From Amphiscolops sp. MND2022 (lineage: Eukaryota), in NCBI GenBank assembly GCA_964187785.1, contig OZ076416.1, positions 16,616,001 through 16,680,000 of the forward strand: a stretch of 64,000 bases of DNA. Reading direction: 5' to 3'. A program made the position numbers and the translations under genes. This document shows, piece by piece, positions 11,986 to 24,809 of this stretch. The notes below the pieces were generated by a model. The model was not told the DNA's origin. It worked only from the letters and a program-made list of their open reading frames with translations, and searched no databases. Position 1 is the first letter of the stretch; each line of letters opens with the position of its first letter.

Positions 11986-12934
11986 TAGGGGCGGGAATAA
12001 CGTCTAAGGAATAACGTCTAAAGGAATAACGTCTAAATTTTACTCATTTTTCGGGAATAACGTCTAAAGATTTAGACGTTATTCCCATTTTTTTAGATGT
12101 TATTCCCGATTTTGAAATATTGTTTCTTGTGCTGAAAAGTTCTTCCCTTGGTCTAGTTTTCAGGTAATAACGTACAAAATCCAGAAAAAGCTCCCAAAAT
12201 ATCCCAAAGTCATCGAAATACGACTGAGAAACGGGAAAAACAAATTAAATTGGAAAAAATAAATCGTTTAAGATCTAAAACTAAAAAGTGATATATAATA
12301 TAAAACGTGCTTCGGATATGTCCCCATTCCTTCTAGTGCCCCGCGGCCCCTTGGGGCCGCTTATGTTCCCATCTTGCTAAGCGAGGTCGAACAGGAGCAA
12401 AGACCTAGCGGGAACGGAGATCGCGAAGCGATCGTAGTGGGAGCTGGTCTTTGCGACGGTGAGGGCGAGCGTGCATACACCGCATATGCCCCACATTTTG
12501 ATATTTTCGCTTTCAGAAAGCCTTTTTTGAAACAGGAATAACGTATAGAACTTTAGACGCTAGTCTCAAAAAATGATTTATTTTAGACGTTATTCCCGTT
12601 TTGTTTTTAGATGTTATTCCCCAGACGTTCTTCCCGCTGCCACGTATTTTGATGATTTGTTTGCTATTTTAGACGTTTTTGCCAATCTTAGACGTTATTA
12701 CCGTTTTCAAACGTATTTTGATCGTTTTTTGACATTTTAGGCGTATGTCATTTTTAGACGTTATTCCTCTTTTTAGACGTTATTCCGCTTTTTAGACGTT
12801 ATTCCACTTTTTAGACGTTATTCCCGTTTTTTTAGACGTTATTCCCGTTCATTTCAGATTTAGATGTTATTCCTTTAGACGTTATTCCCGGTGGACTTTT
12901 AGACGTTATTCCTTAGACGTTATTCCTGTTCGCC
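11986..12934. mobile_element. 949-bp non-autonomous DNA element, 9-bp TSD, arms of inverted GGAATAACGTCTAA arrays, GC-rich core
   Basis: ACTTGATAT at 11977-11985 and 12935-12943. Left arm has GGAATAACGTCTAA repeats; right arm has many TTAGACGTTATTCC. Superfamily (Merlin- or Mutator-like) inferred only from TSD length. Confidence 0.8.
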
Positions 12935-13444
12935 ACTTGATATAATATTACTTTACTGGAATGAAGCTTTATTGTTTTGCTTAATATTTGCTGCCTTAAA
13001 CCATGGAGAAGACGTTCTTAAGTCTGGTCTAAACAACTCGCTGGAAATATTCCCGTTCTAGAGAAAGTGAATGAAAAGTTGTTCACATCTGTTGCTGTTG
13101 AAAAGTTATTGTTTTCAAATATTGCTGAAATCCTTCTCCGGCTGTTAGCGTGAACAAGAATTGAACAGTTTTTCTTATCTTCGGTCAGCTAGTTGGCACT
13201 TCAAGTGACTCAATTCCACGTAGACACGTTTATTAAGCTCCTGTCATCTTTTAACTCATTAAAAGATCTCGGCAACCAAGTTTAAACATTGCTGCAGTCA
13301 AACATTATTATTTATATTAAAGATACATTCCCTTTTCTTGGCCTGCTTTGAATTTCTTGTGATTTCGAGAATAATTGTCACGACGGTGAGTCAAATTTTA
13401 ACACTTTAACTTTCATTGTGTTCAAATTGAACAGGTAATAAATG

Positions 13445-14526
13445 CCCGGGTCGACCCTCCATGGATATCTTAGTAAGATCTTGGCAAGATCTTGCCAAGA
13501 TCTTGGAAAAATCTTAGCTAAGATCGTGACAAGATATTGCCAAGAATTGCAAGATGCCATGGTAAGATCTTATCAAGAGAGCCATGTTTCCAAGAAAAAT
13601 CTTACTAAGAAGCCCAATATGGCAAGAAAAATCTTACTAAGAAGCCCAATATGGCAAGAAAAATCTAACTAAGAAGCAGAATATGGCAAGAAAAAAATTG
13701 CTACGAACTGCTCGATATCGAGAAAAAGTAGAATCAGAAAACCATTAACTTAAGAGTTATGGAAAAATAATCTAGACATCACTCAAAACAAAATTACTGA
13801 ATGATTTTTACAACCATTTGGATATCGCTATTGTTCTTTCAATTGCAAAACTGTCGCCGGCAACGGCGTCAGAAAAGCCTTGAGCTGAATCATTACCCAA
13901 ATTAGAGCAATGACCGCGGTTTCTAGCAGTAGTAAGGCTGCGAAACAGGCTCAAGGAAAGCTGGAGATATGATTATTACAAAAATTTCAGGATTTCAAGG
14001 TCTTTCCTTTGTAACTTTCCGATAGTGGGTCTGGACGTTTGAGAGCATATTTCTCCGCCTCTGGAATCGACAGGAGTGATAAATTACAAGTTTTGGAAAG
14101 CCCTTGAAATGACCTTTCATTTGGTACATTCGGCATTTTTCAAATTTAAACAGGTGAGGAGTTATTAGGATTTTCGTCAAAATTTCGGAAGCCAGAATAC
14201 GTTATCGTAATTTTTCACGCATTTTTGCATGCAAAATTTTTTCAGCAGGTTTAAGCTTTTTGATTATGAAAACGAGTAGAAATAGTCGTTGTTGGGTGAA
14301 ATGAGCCTTTAGATTGAGTCTCGGCTGCTTGTACCGAAGGTATAGTGTTTTTTTTATAATCTTAAAATATTGTCCATCGTGATAAGATACGATCTTGGAA
14401 TAAGTATTATCTTAGTAAGATCTTAATAAGAATCTTGCCATGGGATCCATGGCTGCCAAGATGTAGTTAGAATTTGGCAAGATCTTGCCAAGACAGCCAA
14501 GATGCTAGTAAGAGGGTCAACCCGGG
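13445..14526. mobile_element. 1082-bp non-autonomous EnSpm/CMC-like element (CCC...GGG, 2-bp TSD TG)
   Basis: CCCGGGTCGACCCTC...GAGGGTCAACCCGGG; TG on both flanks; subterminal GCAAGATCTTGC palindromic repeats at both ends. Confidence 0.8.
13591..13697. repeat. 32-bp tandem repeat x3.3 inside the EnSpm-like element
   Basis: CAAGAAAAATCTTACTAAGAAGCCCAATATGG starts at 13591, 13623, 13655 and 13687. Confidence 0.9.
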
Positions 14527-16372
14527 TGTTGTATTCTAAGAGTTTTCTAAATAAAAACACAGTTTAAAAGTACTCTGAATTTTGTACGCCCGATTTATAC
14601 CAAGTTTATATCAAACTATAGTGTATCTCTATACAAAATTTAATGATAGTACAAAAGTATTTTTAATTTAAGTTTGTTGGTAAACAATTTGCTAAGTCTG
14701 CACCGAAACTCGGTAAGGTTCATTCGGGATCAACCGTATTACAATAAATAATAGCAGTCTCATTCTGGATTTTGATTATAAAAGTTGATTTTCGGATTTC
14801 CTTGGAATTGAGAACATTTTGAGATAACATCCCACATTTACAAACAATCGCAAAAACGATTCATGTGTGGTTCAATATATTCACGATAATGAAAATAATC
14901 CTGCAAATAATGAAGTAAAATCTCATTGAAGAAACATGCCGCCAGTTAATTGAATGCATCGTTATATTTAACTGGGGGTAAAGTATTCAAATAACGATAC
15001 ATTCAAATCACTGGAATGTTTCTTCGATGAGATTTTTTCATTATTTTTTCATTGTTTTCAATTTATTGAACCAAACGATTTTCTAAATGACTAGTTCTAA
15101 AACAATACAAATGTGACTTTCATTCACCTTAATGAAGGCTACAGGGAAAACCTGCCAATGCCTATCAGGTTAGATATCTGATATTGCTTAAGAAAGTAGT
15201 TTCAAAAGCGAGACATTTGCAATGACTGATTATGAATTGAGTTCAATCTCACGTTTAGGTCAAGATGGAAAAGATGAAGAAAAATGAAAACCCGGGGAGC
15301 AGGATAGGGAGACCCCGACCGTCTGAAGGCAATATTTGAGAGAATCGATTTTGATTTTAACTCAAAAATTTTATTTTACACTGTCAACTGGAAGAGGAAA
15401 TTGATAGAAAGAATGAAAACGATGATTAGCTGTAACGGCAAGCAGTGATAGGTCGCTTAACATGCTAACAGAGGTGGGGGAACGATCACGGAAACGCATA
15501 GTGTACCCGAAAAGGGAGCTCCGTCTTCTGGGAAAGCTCTCCAAGATTAATCTGGACTATAAGGGCTAAAAATAACGAGCATCCAGGATAGCTACGTACT
15601 CAGCACCATCGATTAAATAGCCGACAAAAACGGGATGCATGAACACCGATGAATTTTCATAAAACCGGGAATAGCTAATTTCCAATCAAAACAGCTATCG
15701 AACATACACATCTTAACAACAATGCTAAATAAAAAAACAACATCAAGACAAGGAAATAACGAGTATGTTGGCAAAAGTCTTTCAAGCCTGCGAACTGGGG
15801 CACATTCCGAACACTGCTGGGGCAACGTCCACGCAGTCGGCATTTCGGGTTGTCGGCACTACAATAATAACCAGCAAAAAGAGTCCATTTCCCGGACTTA
15901 TTTTGCGATGACTCCTTTTCTGGTTGCGTTCACATGTCTTTTTTCTTGTTTCTTTGCTCCCGCGGCGCCTTCTCTTTTTCTGGTCATACTTTTGGCAGGT
16001 ACTCGGTCGTAAGCGAAAAATTTTCGGATGAGGACTCCATTGGGCATTTTTCTTTTTGTTTACAAGCCATTATAAATTGCTACGGTTTATTGTGGATATG
16101 AATATTTTATTCTTGAGGCTTTTTGTTGACAATTGTTTGTCAACAAAAAATGAAAATCGTGTTTCACCTAATTAAAATACCAATGCTTTACGGTACGAAC
16201 ACTGACCTTCACGTTACCGATGGGTTTTCGAATCCGCCAAAGAACGCTTCCGGCGAACCGATTCTCTTTTTTGAATAACCATAAAACCTAAACACAAAAC
16301 TTTTTTTGTCCTCTGAATTTATTTGACATGTAAAAAAGACAGACAGGTCATTTTGTTTGACAGCTGATTTTT

Positions 16373-16642
16373 TGTTCTGAAATAATTAGTTTCATTGATA
16401 TTTAAATGTATGTACTAATGATAATCTTTGCATAATCGGTGCTAAAGTTCATTTACTTACTATATTAAAGCTGCCATTTCGTGTTCACTGAACCGTTGCA
16501 GGCTCAAACGCCTATCCGTTTTTGTTGATGAATGAATCTCATAAAGCCTTAGCATTGTATTTCGACCAAGTTATTTCGAAATCCATTGTTATTTTAACAA
16601 CATTGTTTCTCACTCACCGACCGGGTAGACTTAGATGAAATA
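16373..16642 (+). repeat. 5' LTR (270 bp)
   Basis: TGTTCTGAAATAATTAG...GATGAAATA (terminal CA apparently mutated to TA); direct repeat of 24315-24584 with about 17 mismatches by manual count. Confidence 0.9.
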
Positions 16643-16645
16643 TTT

Positions 16646-16663
16646 TGGTGCCGCGACCCGGGA
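16646..16663 (+). promoter_or_regulatory. Primer-binding site
   Basis: TGGTGCCGCGACCCGGGA, 3 nt after the LTR; resembles the complement of tRNA-Phe/tRNA-His 3' ends. Primer tRNA not resolvable. Confidence 0.75.
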
Positions 16664-18149
16664 ACAGCTATCATCCCGAACCGATTATTTCCAACCCAAC
16701 ATTTTTGAAGTGGAGTGAATCCTCAACCGTCAACATCCCACCAACCAACTTCGCACTGCCATTTCCGAAGTTTGCATCAGATCAACAGAGCTCTTCATGT
16801 GCACAGATGAACCGCAGCTACAACAACCCATGTTCAGCTAAGTACACGAGGGTTGCTAAATGAAAACAAACTTTGGAATCTTTTGATTGAAAAACAAACT
16901 CCAAAACTTCAAAAACTTTATCACATTTCCTTTTTCTAACCCACGTGGCTCATGTGTAGTATATTCATTGTGTTTGTTCAGAGGACAAAGGACTATTCTC
17001 TAGTAGCGAACACTTGTACTCAAGTTTAATTGAAAGTCCTAGCCATACTTTTCACGGGCACGAATAAACGTTGATGGTGTTCATCTTAGGAGCTAGCTCG
17101 CTCCATTATGTAACAGAAACTTTGCCGAAAAACACTCGTAAACGAATCGCGAAGCGTGTTTTCACTATACCTGGGATGAGTTGTAACCCAAATGCCGTCA
17201 AAAATAGGAAAACTTTTCCATTCCTATTGAATAATTGCTCCAAACGCGGGAAAAACTTTGTTTTGTGGCATGATGTGTTAAATAACTCTTTGAGCAAACA
17301 CTCAAGTAACAGAAGCAGACCGCTATAGTGTTCCGAACTCTTGAAAGTTCTTTCACATTATCAAAACGTTTAAGAGCTATGGTGTACTGCCGTCGAAAGG
17401 GTGTCCCTGACATCTTTCGGACACCGAAAAGTACAGTTTTTTCATTAAACGTTTTGATTGATTTTATTTCCAAACACAAAGCGCGTAATGTAACTTTGAA
17501 TTGGGAATACTCCTCACTGCACCAGCGTTCTGATTTAGAATTGAAGTTTTTGTTCTTGGTGTTGAGGTACAGTGAAAACTTGAGCATTCTTGCTGAGAAA
17601 AGTCGGACGAAAAAACTCAACAAACGCCGACGTCGCGCCCTGCGCAATCGTAAGCTGGCTTCATTGTGAAAAGTTTTCCCTGTCCCTTGTGTCTGAGGTT
17701 CACTCCTCAGTTATGAGGGAGCACTGAACAAACTCACTTTCCAAGCTATCGAGTTTTTTGCCCGCTTTTTACACTGCGCCTGTTAATTGCGAAAAAGGTT
17801 GTTCATTAGTTTCACAAGGCTCTCTGGCGTTCGCTTGTGTCTGAGGTTCACTCTTTAGTTATGGGCGAGTACCCGACATATGTTTTTCTTCAGATTTTTT
17901 GCGTGTACTATTCTTTTACCGATAAATTTTGTTAACGTTATCTTTCACGTCTTTCCGCTCCCGACCTGCTCCAACTTTCCCGATAGTATTTTTCCGCCGT
18001 CAAGCAAATCGAAATAATCTTTGTCGGGTTCTTTGTGTTGAGCCGGTGACCTCGGTTTACTCCTGGGTTATAGGCGAAGCACTTGAGCGCCTAAGATTGT
18101 TCCACAAAGTAGAACCATTATTCCCACCCAATTGTGTCATCTAAAGATT

Positions 18150-20435
18150 CAATATTGTTTTTGGAAGCTAAAGCCAAAAGAAAGACCGGAGAGTATCACT
18201 CGAAAGACTTGTTTCCACTTGTGAGGAGCAGCTAACTGCGGCTGGCTTCAAAAACGAGAAGCTTTTGCATCTCGCAAGGAAATTGAATGAGTCCGACACG
18301 GTGAAAGCGGAGCTTCAAGCATGGCTCGAAGAGCTGGCTTCTAATAATGATAGATTTCGGAGCATAGCCCGCTAATACAATGATTCTCTGGACGAGAAAC
18401 CCGCTGTTGGGGAAACTACCAGGAACCTCAATTCATCGTCACAAAAACCTAAGTGTACTACGTTAAAAGCTCATTCAAGTGTCTCCAAGAAATCAAGCAC
18501 AGTAGCAACGAACCTGTCGAAAACATCCAGTAAACGGAAGAAGGCGTTGCTTCTGGCGAAAAAGCGACGAAAGGAGATAGAGAAAAAGGCAGAAGGAAGC
18601 TGTCTTGCGTCTGCAAGAAACAAAGAATCGCTTAGTGCGTTTAGAGTTGGAGGAGAGCAATAGACAGAGATTAGCCGAAGCAACCATGGAAGAGGATGAG
18701 CTCCAATAAGTCAGTTCGCAAGTCAGCGAGATTCTGGTCGACCCTGATTTGGCATTCAGTGAAACCAGCGATCAAGACCGAATCAATTACTGGGTTCAAA
18801 ACACTTCCACAGCTGATCTTAACACTCATGTAACAACAGCAGAGCTAGAGAATTTCCCCAATAAATTCGACAACCTATCAGTTGCCGGAACTTCACATTT
18901 CAATCAGTCTCGAGCTCCACTCATGAACAACCCTCTGATTAACAACCAATCTCCGCAATCGTCTGCTGATGGTCAAACGAATCCGTTTCCTTAATTGTGC
19001 CAACGCCGCCACCACTTGTTAACACGACTGCCACTTCTTTGACCCAACCAACTGGTTTCGAAGCACAACCCATCCGGATAGCTCATAAGCGGAACACTGT
19101 GAACAATCAATTGTGAATCCTGCCGGTATAACACCGACAGCGCAGGTATTTCCACTGCTATCTCCTATTGCGATGAATACAAATGGAACAACCAGCGCAC
19201 TGCCACCCAAAACTCCAAAAGTCACCTTTACCCCTAATCTGTCGTCTTGGAACTTCTCGACAGCACCGCAAACCGCGGTGACGCAGAAACCAGTTACAAT
19301 CGCAGCGGCCTCAACAATTACACCTACGATAGCAACCATATACGTCCCCGTTACCCAGGGCGGTACTGTGTATCCTACAATACGTGGCTCATCAAACACT
19401 GGAGCGGGAACGAACGCATACCTTGTACATTTCCAGCCATGTGTACAGCGAAGTATGCAAACTAGCTTGCTAGGGATGAAAACTTAAGTGACAATAAAAG
19501 ACCTAGCAGACTTGCTCACAATAAGCAGCAAAGATCCTCTCCCGGAATGGAAATTGGATACGTATGACGGAAACCCACTGAACTGGCAAGCGTGGTATAG
19601 AGAATTTCTTTACACTGTAGATCCGACTCATTTGATGCAAGATGTGAAGTTAACATATCTCAAAACGTTGTTAACTGGGAACGCGAAAACAGCCATCACA
19701 AACTTCGCATACTGCGGCGCTATGTACGCTGAAGCATTGAAAACATTGAGAAAAAATTCGGACAGCCACAAGCTGTTGTGGGGGCTTATGTAGACAAGCT
19801 CGCCACCTACCCTGCTGTAAAGATGCATAGTTCTGAAAGTATCATAAGCTACGCTTCCACAATCAGTAGACTTGTCAATGTGTTTCAGTCACTCTCTCAC
19901 GAATGCGACCTCCGCAGTGCTTCGCTTTTCAACCAAGCAGTTAGCAAGTTGCCGCCTAATATGAGAGAGGGGTGGTCTTTACACACAGTTAAACGGAACT
20001 TGTACAGACCAACCCTTCTCGATTTTAACACTTGGCTCCAAGAAAAGTCATAGTCCCACGACAAGATGCAAGCCACTCAGAAAAATCAAACATGGATGAG
20101 TCGGCTCAAAGTGGAGCCAAGCCAAAAATCTCGAAGGCATATTCTTCCAATGTCGATTCATCATGAGTCTCAAAGTCCGTCAAGACCAGTGTCCTATCAA
20201 AACATTCAAGCCATGTATCGGTTGCAAAGGACGCCATCCAGTATGGCGGTGTACAGTCTTCAAAGGAAAAACACCGACTCAGAGGGCGAAAAAAATTGCT
20301 GAACACAAACTCTGCTTTTCATGTCTAAATGACGAGCATAGTTTCCGCAAATGTCTGAATCCACGTAAGTGTACGAAGGAAGGATGCACAATTAGTCACA
20401 ACCCTCTTTTACGTGGAGCTGAACGCATTTTTTGA
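18150..20435 (+). pseudogene. gag: BEL/Pao gag (DUF1759-like region + three Cys/His knuckles), frameshifted
   Basis: DPLPEWKLDTYDGNPLNW...KLTYLKTLLTGNAK (19488..19793); CIGCKGRHPVWRC, CFSCLNDEHSFRKC, CTKEGCTISH (20163..20435); Lys/Ser-rich N-terminal region with stops. Start approximate. Confidence 0.9.
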
Positions 20436-21100
20436 GCCGACCAAAACTCTCTGAACAGAGCCAGAGCTTCAACAACTCCAGCGAAACGTCCACCCAAAAA
20501 CCTCATGGCAGCAATTCCTATCTGAATTCAGCCACCCTTGCGTCCAAGTCCGATGTGAAGGAACTACTGCAGATAGTCAAAGTGAATCTATCCAGCTCCA
20601 ATGGTTCACAAATAGCCTGGGCACTCTGCGATTCGGCGTGTAGTCTTTCGTTGATGACACGGAAGCATGCCCAGGATCTGAAACTCGAAAGCCAACCCAT
20701 TTGTTTGACAGTAAACGGTATCAACTCTCAAGACGTTGTTAATACTGAAATGGTGGAGCTGAATTTGTCGAGTCTCGACGGGTCGCGAGAGACCTATGAA
20801 ATGTCTCCCTACCTGAAAGACAACATCAACATTTGCACTGACGTAACGATATTGCGTCTCTCCAATCGATTTACCCCCATCTTGCACCGTTAAAAGCCGG
20901 AAGATACAGCTATTCTGATGTGGAACTATTTTTGGGACAGGATGCGTTTCAAGCCATTCAACCGATGGAGTATTTCGAGTTCGATTTGAAAACTCCCCTG
21001 TCGCAGTCCGTCTTCTTCTAGGATGGGTCTTGAGCGGTTCTCTACCAACCAGTTCCGGTCTGCTAGCCACATGCTTCAAAGCGAATACCGATCACGACCC
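20432..21100 (+). pseudogene. pol: BEL/Pao aspartic protease region, disrupted
   Basis: LLQIVKVNL...WALCDSACSLS (D-S-G-like site), followed by frameshifted ..ELFLGQDAF.. and LLGWVLSGSLP. Confidence 0.85.
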
Positions 21101-21419
21101 GCTTCCGGCTCAGCTTCGCGCTTTGTATGACATCGAGTCATTCGATGCGATGAATTAGGTGGATCCGCATTCAACTGCCGACAAACGAGCGCTGGAAATC
21201 CTGAACGACACAACTTACCACGACGGTACTCGCTACCGAGTGGGAATGCTTTGGGCTAATGATGACACCCTGCCGGACAACTATTATGCCGCTCTTGTCC
21301 AACTGAAGTCACTGTAAAAGAGACTTGAGGAAGACCCCGTATTGAAAGATAGATACAATTTGAGAAAATTTCTTCCGACCTGGCGAACGGCTACATCATT
21401 GAAGTATCTCCGTATAATC

Positions 21420-22830
21420 GCACGAAGAGATCACGACGTGAATGGTACCTTCCTCACCATCCTGTGGTGAATCCCAATAAACCTGCAAAAGTGAGACGCG
21501 TTCTCAATGGTGCAGCCAAGTTTCAGAAAGCATCGCTTAACAACTCTCTCCTCACCGGACCCGACCTGCTACAAAACTTTATGCATACCCTACTCCGTTT
21601 TCCCGAGCATAAATTTGCTGTTTCCGCTGATATCGAAGGCATGTTCTTTCAAGTCGGTGTTTTGGAACAAGATCAGTCATCCATCCGATTTTTGTGGCGG
21701 GATGTCCCCAACAACGACATTGTGGTTTACCAATATGTGCGACACATATTTGGGGCGAAAGACTCCCCCACGTGCGCAAACTATGCGCTACAGAGAACCG
21801 CTGTCGATAATGCAGTTCTTTTGATGACGCAACTCGTGCTATAACACTCAAATTTTACATGGGCGACTACTTGGATTCACTCCCCACTCCTGATCTAGCC
21901 CTAAAGCGATCGAAAGATCTATTTGAGTTGCTTGCCAAAAGAGGCTTCAAATTCACTAAGTTTGCAAGTAACTTTCCGGCACTTAATGCTGAACTGAATG
22001 CGAGCGATTTACCTCTCGACACGGAACAAGCCAAAAGTATCTCAGACATTTTGGGCACTTCCTCCCACGTGCTTGGGCTGAAGTGGAATCATTCAAGTGA
22101 CAGCCTCGTCGTCAGTCGTTGAAAAAAATAAAGACGTCCCCTCCAATCTAACAGAGCGAGCTGTGCTAAGCCTAGTTGCTGTTGTTTTTGACCCCAATGG
22201 GCTTGTCGCACCGTTCACGGTCAGAGCGAAGCTCCTGTTGAAAGGCATTTGGCGCGTTTCTGGTCAACAATGGGATGACCAACTCTCAACTGACACAGCC
22301 CAGAAGATTACTGAATGGATAAACAAGTTACCTCGTCTAAGCGAAATGACTATCCCTCGTAGGTATTTCCCTGTTGACGTTGATCAAAGTGAATTACACG
22401 TATTCGGGGACAGTCAACGGGAGGTTTTCAGCGCTGTCGCGTTTTTACGAGGAAAGCTGTGTGTAGATACCAACGGAAATCCGTTTTTGTCGTTTGTCAT
22501 CGGAAAAGCCCGTGTAGCTCCCATGAAGTCGTTGAGAGTCTCTTAATTGGAAACGCAAACTGCATTCCTAGCTGCAAGGTTGTGTGCCGAAATTCACCGA
22601 GCTTTCACCCGTCCAATTACTAACACTTTTCTTTGGTCTGATAGTACCACGGTTTTGCAATGGTTGCAATCTACTGCAAAGCAACCTATCTTCATTTGCG
22701 AACAGAATTTGCGAAATTTTAGAACTGACAACCATAGATCAGTGGAATTATGTTAGCTTCTCCGACAACCCCGCCGACGCTGGGACTAGAGGCCTCTCCG
22801 CTCATGCCCTCAAGTCTAACAGTTAACAGT
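21420..22830 (+). pseudogene. pol: BEL/Pao reverse transcriptase + RNase H, disrupted
   Basis: YLPHHPVVNPNKPAKVRRVLN, LLTGPDLLQN, SADIEGMF, HIFGAKDSPTCANYAL, YMGD (YMDD-like), ELHVFGDS, FVIGKARVAP, FLWSDSTTVLQW, DNPADAGTRG. Confidence 0.92.
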
Positions 22831-23269
22831 TGGTATTTGGGGCCTGATTTGTTGTGGTCAGGTGATTGGCCCTTCAAACCTGACAACGCTGTACTCAACG
22901 ATCTGAAAAAGGATACAGGCGAGGAAAGTGCTTTACACTCCACCGAGATAGCCGAAAGTCCGCCGAAAGTAATCCAATGGGAGAACTTCAGCTCCTTCAA
23001 GGAACTACCGCGCATCCTCTCGAAACATAGTCACTTCCGATCTCCCGACAGAAAAATTGTCGACTATTCCGAATTTTCTCTCGCTAAATCAGAGTTATTG
23101 TCCATGGCACAACGTGAACCGTTCCACCTGGAAATGAAAAACCTCGTTGATGGAAAACACCTTCACCGGAAAAGCCGTTTACGTGCCTATGCACCGTTCC
23201 TTAGTGCTAACAGCTTGATGCGATCCACGGGTCGTGTCAAACGTCTGAGCAAAATCACTTACGATGTCA

Positions 23270-24314
23270 AGCATCCAATCATTCTGGACGGTCGACACAG
23301 GCTTGTCCAGTTGCTACTCTAACACCTGCATGATTTGCATTACGAGCTCAAGTCCAACAACACTATGCCGTTATTAGCTTGAGGAAGACCCTGCGTAAAA
23401 TTGAAAGTTTCTGTCTGGTGTGTCGTCTTAGAAAGGCTGAGACGTTATCTCTTATGATGGCAGACCTTCCGAAAGAGCGACTTTCGTTCCAAAAACCACC
23501 TTTCACAATGACAGGTGTGGTTTATTTTGGTCCGCTTTTCGTGACAGTACGCCGATCGAGCGAGAAGCGATGAGATTTTTTATTCACCTGCTTGACAACC
23601 CGAGCCGTACACCTAGAAGTCGTCCCTTCCCTAGACACCAATTCGTGTGTCATGGGAATACTCAGATTCGCCGCACGCCACTGAACGCCGTCGGTAATTT
23701 GGTCAGACAACTGTACGAATTTCATCGCGAGCGAGACTGAACTTGTCGAAAACATAAGAAAATGGAATGAGCAAGAACCCGAACACCTGGTTCACAAAAA
23801 AACTACGTGGAAGTTTAACCACCCTGGTACACCTCACAAATGAGGATCGTGGGAGCGTTTAGTCTGCCGTTGTAAGTGGGTCTTTTACTCCTTTCTTGGC
23901 GACCGTCGCTTCACCGATGAAATCCTCCTGACCGTCTTCTGTTTGGTCGAACAGACATTGAACGCGCGACCATTAACCCCAGTGAGCTCCGATCCAAATG
24001 ACACAGATGCATTGACGCCCAATCGTTTCCTCCTCGGTCGACCGAACACCTGATTTCAGTCCACTACTACCTTCGCAGTAGACTTCAACCATCGGAAAAG
24101 GTACGCGCGGGCACAATCCTACGCTGATGCAATCTGTCACGGTGGTTAAAAGAGTACATTCTCTTACTTAATCGCCAAAATAAGTGGGCCACGGATATCA
24201 GCAGAACCCTGAACTCAGGCGATCTTGTCTGGATAATTTGAGCGTCGAATCCCGGAGGCCATTACCCACTGCGTGAATCCACACGCTAAATTATGGTTCA
24301 GACGGGATCGCGCG
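23270..24314 (+). pseudogene. pol: BEL/Pao integrase, disrupted and C-terminally truncated
   Basis: HPIILDGRH, CLVC, PFTMTGVVYFGPL, FTCLTTRAVHLE, SDNCTNF, WKFNPPGTPH, GSWERLV, RPLT, LTPNRFLLG; ends at YGSDGIAR directly against the 3' LTR. Confidence 0.9.
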
Positions 24315-24584
24315 GGTTCTGAAATAATTAGTTTCATTGACATTTAATTGTATGTACTATTGATAAACATTGCATAATCGGTGCTAAAGTTCTTTCACTT
24401 ACTATTTTAAAGCTGTCATTTCGTGTTCACTGAACCGTTGCAGGCTCAAACGCCTATCCGTTTTTGTTGATGAATGAATCTCATAAAGCCTTAGCATTGT
24501 ATTTCCACCAAGTTATTTCGAAATCCATTGTTATTTTAACTGCATTGTTTCTCACTCACCGACCCGGCAGACTTAGAGGAAACA
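24315..24584 (+). repeat. 3' LTR (270 bp)
   Basis: GGTTCTGAAATAATTAG...GAGGAAACA; ends in canonical CA. Confidence 0.9.
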
Positions 24585-24809
24585 CTTTTGATTGCTGGAA
24601 ACAACACCTAATTAAACCCAAAACTGAATTCCAAGTTGAGTTGTGGAATTTGTCTCTTATTAGCCGATTAGTTAAACTGCTATTGTCAGTAGTTTCACTA
24701 GCTGCTGGCAAAAATTATTTTAAAGAACCCATTTGCAACTTAGATTTTCATTTTTGTTCGATAAACGTAAGATAACCATTGAATTCATTCATCCTATGTC
24801 GAACTTTTG

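Larger units (their letters stand above)
16373..24584 (+). mobile_element. Full-length, decayed BEL/Pao LTR retrotransposon (~8.2 kb)
   Basis: Paired 270-bp LTRs; PBS-like site; domain order gag-protease-RT-RNaseH-integrase with BEL/Pao signatures; probable 5-bp TSD TTTTT / CTTTT. Confidence 0.95.

Noticed and set aside
13591-13697. 32-bp repeats (and the 51.5-53.3-kb array) as a possible CRISPR
   Set aside because: Repeats are contiguous with no unique spacers, there are no cas genes, and the context is eukaryotic transposon DNA.
17198-21079. Antisense ORFs within the BEL element (17198..17647, 19019..19399, 20606..21079)
   Set aside because: No recognisable domains; 20606..21079 and 19019..19399 are shadows of the sense coding region.
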